From Terriglobales bacterium (GTDB taxonomy: Bacteria > Acidobacteriota > Terriglobia > Terriglobales > Acidobacteriaceae), in NCBI GenBank assembly GCA_963738095.1, contig CAVTVL010000009.1, positions 18,124 to 82,123 on the forward strand: 64,000 bases of DNA. The letters run 5' to 3'. The notes beneath the pieces were generated by a model that had not been told where the DNA came from, did no database searches, and worked only from the letters and a program-made list of their open reading frames with translations. Below are positions 60,293 through 64,000 of the stretch, piece by piece. A program made the position numbers and the translations under genes. The stretch's first letter is position 1, and every line of letters begins with the position of its first letter.

Positions 60293-61584
60293 TCATTGGG
60301 TGTTACGTCGCTTCTCCCGAGGCGAATACGCAATGCCGACGCCGATCACTTGCCAAAGGGTGGTAAGGGCGTTCGTTGGAAGCGAATAATTTGTCGACTG
60401 GTCACTGGCCGTGTAATTGGCGAATGCTGTCAAAGAGGGCCTCAGGCGGATGGTCGCCATCGCCGCTCCAAACTTGCTGTTGAATTTCCCCTGATCGTTC
60501 AGTGCAGAAGTAAGCATATAGCCCCCGGTCAGGCCGATAGTGATTTTTCTCTCGAATTCCCTCGAGAAGTTCGCATTAACGGAATCGACCTCTGCTCCGT
60601 ACAGAAATCCCGCTCCGCCACCGGTTGAATGGCGGTAGCTCAGGGCGGCTGACCCAAACCGCGACTTGTAATGGACCATCGCATTGCCGGACACCTTGGT
60701 TGAGGAGGGCACTACCGCACTGTTCGAACTTTGGATCCACTGTGGCCCTATGGAGACGTTTGTGGTGATCTGCCGGTTCCACTCGCGTTGGTAGCCGAAC
60801 AGGGCCGTGCTGGTCACTAAGCTGCTGATCGCTAAAGCTTGATTGTTCCCGGGATAGCTGTAGTCAGAAAAGATGTATTGGCCCGAAAGTGAATTTCGGG
60901 CAGTGAGGCGCCGGGTAAGCAACGCGTACGCCGTCTGACCATTGGTATCCAGACCGTTCCCGTCGGGGTAGCGCAACAATTCCGAACTTCCGCCGATGCT
61001 TAAGGCCATCGCGTGGTTGAGGTTACGCTCGAATTCCCCCCCACAATGTTATTTACAGTACGGATATTCAACGTCAGGATTGTCTGACTGGACGGGGGCA
61101 TAGGAATAGGTTCGCCGATCGGTTCTCCGGTGCCCGGGACGCCCGAGAAGCCCGTAGTCGGGGCCTCCTTCCGGTAGCTTATATTGTCGCTGACCCGGAG
61201 TTTCCAGTTGTGCCTAACAATTCCCTGCGAAATTAAGAGGTTCTCAAAGGGTCCATTTTCGAAGGATATGCCGGCTAAGTTCCAACTGTAGCCGCCAGCG
61301 AAGGTTAGGGAAAACGGAAGCCCTTTGACGCTGTTCCTGTACTCCAGGTTTCCAGAGAGAATCGTATCCAGCGAATCGCCACGGTTGTTACCGAGAAAGT
61401 TTGCGTTCTGTGCGTACCGCAAGGAATAGCGCAACCCGGCCGGTGGCCTGGGCTCGGGCACGCACAACGTGCACGTCGCCGCGGGCACAATTTGCACTTG
61501 CGCATGCGCCGCTGTGACGACAGGGAAGAGCAACGCGAGTATTGTGAGAGCCGTTATCATCTGCGGGGCTTTACGGAACAACAA
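60293..61584 (-). pseudogene. Probable outer-membrane beta-barrel protein of the EPS locus, split at a G7 run (61036-61042)
   Basis: ORF 61000-61584 (signal peptide) and ORF 60293-61009 (amphipathic strands) fuse as NNIVGGEFERNLNHAMALS if the G7 run is G8. Confidence 0.7.
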
Positions 61585-62194
61585 TTGTGTCCCCAGGTTC
61601 CAGAATTAGATCGAAATTGCTGTTGCCTTTCAACGCTTCCTTGTAGTGCACGGGAATCCTCTCGTGCTTGCCGGCGGCGTTGCGCAAGATGTAGATCTTC
61701 TTCACGTTGGCGTAGTCGGTGAGTCCGCCGGCGGAGGCAATTGCGGCCAGCAAGGTCATGCCAGACGTCATCTGGACCGGGCCCTTCTTTCCGACTTCTC
61801 CGAGAAGGTAAACAACCTTGCTGTGGATCTCGGCGACCACGACGGAAACGTTTGGGGCTTGCACGTACTTCTTGAGTTTTGCGGCAATCTGATCTGTCAA
61901 CTGGAGCGGTGTCTTGCCAGAAGCCTGAACGTCGCCGAGGAGCGGCAGCGTGATCATGCCATCAGGTCGTACAAGGATGTTGCCCGAGAGGGTCGGCTGT
62001 TCCCAGACGGTAACGATCAGCACGTCAGATGGCCCGATAAGATAGGTGTCGGAAACTGCTCCCGCGCCGGGGTTAGGCGCGGCTGGAGCTAGCGTGGCCG
62101 CCTGGGCAGGCCTGGCAGCGGGTCCCTTGCTCTGGGCATAGCAGGAAAGGTTTGGCAAAAAGAATGCCAAAATCAAAATCTTCCCTGGTTTCAT
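61571..62194 (-). CDS. Polysaccharide export protein (short OPX/Wza-type)
   Basis: YLIGPSDVL, VRPDGMITLPLLGDV, VYLLGEV and LEPGDTIVVP motifs. Confidence 0.9.
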   Translation of the reverse strand: MKPGKILILAFFLPNLSCYAQSKGPAARPAQAATLAPAAPNPGAGAVSDTYLIGPSDVLIVTVWEQPTLSGNILVRPDGMITLPLLGDVQASGKTPLQLTDQIAAKLKKYVQAPNVSVVVAEIHSKVVYLLGEVGKKGPVQMTSGMTLLAAIASAGGLTDYANVKKIYILRNAAGKHERIPVHYKEALKGNSNFDLILEPGDTIVVP

Positions 62195-63144
62195 GGCGCG
62201 ACTCCAATTTTGTTGGAAGCAGGTTGGTATTCAGTTCCGGCCTGCTTGAGTTTGTAGAGCAGGGCTTTATAGCTGATCCCTAGCTCATCCGCTGCGCGTT
62301 TGCGATTACCGCCGGTCGCAACCAGAACTTCGGAGATCATCTCCCGCTCAATCTGGGCGGACGCGGCCCGGGTCGCGTCCTTCAGCGACAGAGGCTTGCG
62401 CTGACCATACGAAATTGCCGTCGAGGCCGCTGCTTTCAACGCCGCGAGGGAAATTGACTGGTCGCCGATGGCCACAAAGGTCTTGATTGCGGTCTGCAAT
62501 TCGGAAAGGTTTTCGGGCCAGGTGTGTGCCATCAGAAACTCGATGATTTCCTCTTGTAGAGCCGGCTTCGGACGATCGAACTGCCTGGAGTATTGCGTCA
62601 AAAGGTCATCGGCGATGGAGAGTATTTCGGATTTCCTGCAGCGCAGTGGTGGAATCCGTAGCGTAACGGGCGCAATGCAGTAGAAAAAATCCTCTCTCAT
62701 CCGAGAGGCTCTGACTGCCTCAATCGGTTCGCGGCTCGTACCGCAAATGAGGCGGCAATTTTGTGTCTGTCCGGAGTGAAAGTAGGTGCCGGCGATAAGC
62801 TCCTGCAGTGCAAGACTGAGATCGCCGATCTCCGTCAGATAGACCGTTCCCTTGGTGGAGAAAGCCGAGAGAATGGTCTGCGCATCGGCATTGGCGCTGG
62901 CAACTTCCATAAAGTTGCCACGAGAGCGATGCGACTTCGCATGGATATGCGCGGCAATGGAACGCTTTCCAACGCCATGCTCACCCACGATTAAGACCGG
63001 ACAGTCGCTATCGGCAATGCGCGCGATCGCCCGCTGCATCTGCGCCTCAATTGGAGCACACTGCCTTGCGGAGACGAACGGCTTTGTCCGCCGCTTCGCG
63101 CCTGGGATGGTTGTTCTGCTCGCTATGATCGGGACGGCGTCCAC
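62191..63144 (-). CDS. Degenerate sigma-54-interaction-domain regulator (no GAFTGA)
   Basis: PVLIVGEHGVGK, GTVYLTEIGDL, MREDFFY, WPENLSEL and Fis HTH GGNRKRAADELGISYKALLYKLK; the ESELFG/GAFTGA segment is missing. Start uncertain. Confidence 0.8.
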   Translation of the reverse strand: MDAVPIIASRTTIPGAKRRTKPFVSARQCAPIEAQMQRAIARIADSDCPVLIVGEHGVGKRSIAAHIHAKSHRSRGNFMEVASANADAQTILSAFSTKGTVYLTEIGDLSLALQELIAGTYFHSGQTQNCRLICGTSREPIEAVRASRMREDFFYCIAPVTLRIPPLRCRKSEILSIADDLLTQYSRQFDRPKPALQEEIIEFLMAHTWPENLSELQTAIKTFVAIGDQSISLAALKAAASTAISYGQRKPLSLKDATRAASAQIEREMISEVLVATGGNRKRAADELGISYKALLYKLKQAGTEYQPASNKIGVAP

Positions 63145-63155
63145 ATTCTTGTCTT

Positions 63156-63172
63156 AGCAATGCGGCTTCCAA
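63156..63172 (-). promoter_or_regulatory. Putative sigma-54 (-24/-12) promoter of the leftward EPS operon
   Basis: Minus strand TTGGAAGCCGCATTGCT: GG-N10-GC with TTGC. Confidence 0.55.
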
Positions 63173-63267
63173 ACCTTGGGGCGGGAGGTGGAATGCTCTT
63201 TTCCCGGGGTATAGCCGCTCTTGAGGCCACTTTCAAGCGGAGAGATTGTCGAAGAGGAGAAAAAGTT

Positions 63268-63364
63268 TTTCCTTTTAGCGGCAAAAGATGTGACATTGAT
63301 TTTCCTGCAGAGTGGAAAGTGTTTTCCCACTCGCGGGAGAAGATCGGTTCCCTATGCCGCGAAA
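63268..63364. promoter_or_regulatory. Array of four TTTCC-N8-GGAAA-like palindromes (putative enhancer sites)
   Basis: TTTCC-N8-GCAAA (63268), TTTCC-N8-GGAAA (63301), TTTCC-N8-GGAGA (63323), GTTCC-N8-CGAAA (63347). Confidence 0.55.
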
Positions 63365-63402
63365 TTCATGGCGGAATCCATTTGGATTGAGCGGTTCCAC
63401 TT

Positions 63403-63419
63403 TCGGCATTCTAATTGCT
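63403..63419 (+). promoter_or_regulatory. Putative sigma-54 (-24/-12) promoter of the exosortase gene
   Basis: TCGGCATTCTAATTGCT: GG-N10-GC, about 60 bp upstream of the ATG. Confidence 0.6.
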
Positions 63420-63480
63420 AGAGATGGGTTATCGGATAGGAAGGCCACAGAGTAAGTTCAGAGGCCCGTCTACGGAGAAT

Positions 63481-64000
63481 ATGGCCCAAGAAATACAGGT
63501 GCAACCGATTCCGAAGAATCCTTGGTTTTTTCGAAATCCTCGATTTGCATGGGGTTCGGTACTTATCGGCGCGCTCGTGGTGGCGGTGTATCTTCGCGTG
63601 CTGGCGAAACTGGTGACCGACTGGTGGCAGATCCCCGATTTTTCTCACGGCTTCCTGGTCCCAATCTTTGCGGCGTACATGGTGTGGGCAGAGAGAAAAA
63701 CCCTTCTCAAGACAAAAGTCGCTCCCACCTGGACCGGAGTTGCAGTCGTTGCCCTGGGGCTGGTGGTTTTGCTCCTGGGTGTCTATGGCGCTGAGCTGTT
63801 TCTATCACGGGTTTCGCTGGTGATCCTGTTGGCAGGGTTCGTGCTGAGTTTCGGCGGATGGCAGCTTTTGAAAGAGCTTCGCTTCCCTTTGCTTGTCCTG
63901 ATCTTGGCGATCCCGATTCCGGCGATCATCTTCAACGAAATTACTCTCCCTTTGCAGATGTTAGCTTCAAAGTTTGCCAGCGCGCTGCTTACTCTCTTCG
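63481..64000 (+). CDS. Exosortase (EpsH/XrtA family), runs off the window
   Basis: Manual translation: MAQEIQVQ...LVTDWWQIPDFSHGFLVP...AELFLSRVSL...LRFPLLVLILAIPIPAIIFNEITLPLQMLASKFA. GGAG RBS. Confidence 0.9.
   Translation, partial: MAQEIQVQPIPKNPWFFRNPRFAWGSVLIGALVVAVYLRVLAKLVTDWWQIPDFSHGFLVPIFAAYMVWAERKTLLKTKVAPTWTGVAVVALGLVVLLLGVYGAELFLSRVSLVILLAGFVLSFGGWQLLKELRFPLLVLILAIPIPAIIFNEITLPLQMLASKFASALLTLF

Overview
Bacterial chromosomal window, most likely Acidobacteriota (Terriglobia-like). This assignment is inferred from the PadR plus ADOP-type duplicated permease pair, an Oar-like TonB receptor and a choice-of-anchor-D/ASH repeat protein. It opens with core genes (apt, acyP) and then enters a mosaic accessory region bracketed by two near-identical, directly oriented 1230-bp IS30 elements (2129-3358 and 44666-45895). 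Between them lies a visibly AT-richer, Wzx/Wzy-type exopolysaccharide island (~10.9-37.5 kb). The island encodes an acyltransferase, an atypical LuxR regulator, a PslG-like clan-A glycosidase, a 2096-aa lipoprotein with 13 alternating ASH repeats and a C-terminal glycosidase, a beta-helix protein, an APH-like kinase paired with a nucleotidyltransferase/NMP-kinase fusion, glycosyltransferases, wzx, wzy, wza and wzc. A recurring 16-bp palindrome sits in its promoter regions. Gene debris, an orphan lysozyme and a truncated TonB receptor surround it. The right end holds a second, exosortase-associated EPS locus with three sigma-54 enhancer-binding-type regulators of different architecture, two divergent -24/-12 promoter candidates and a phased array of TTTCC-N8-GGAAA-like sites. 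No rRNA, tRNA or CRISPR array was recognised. All family calls come from motifs read by eye; no database search was run.
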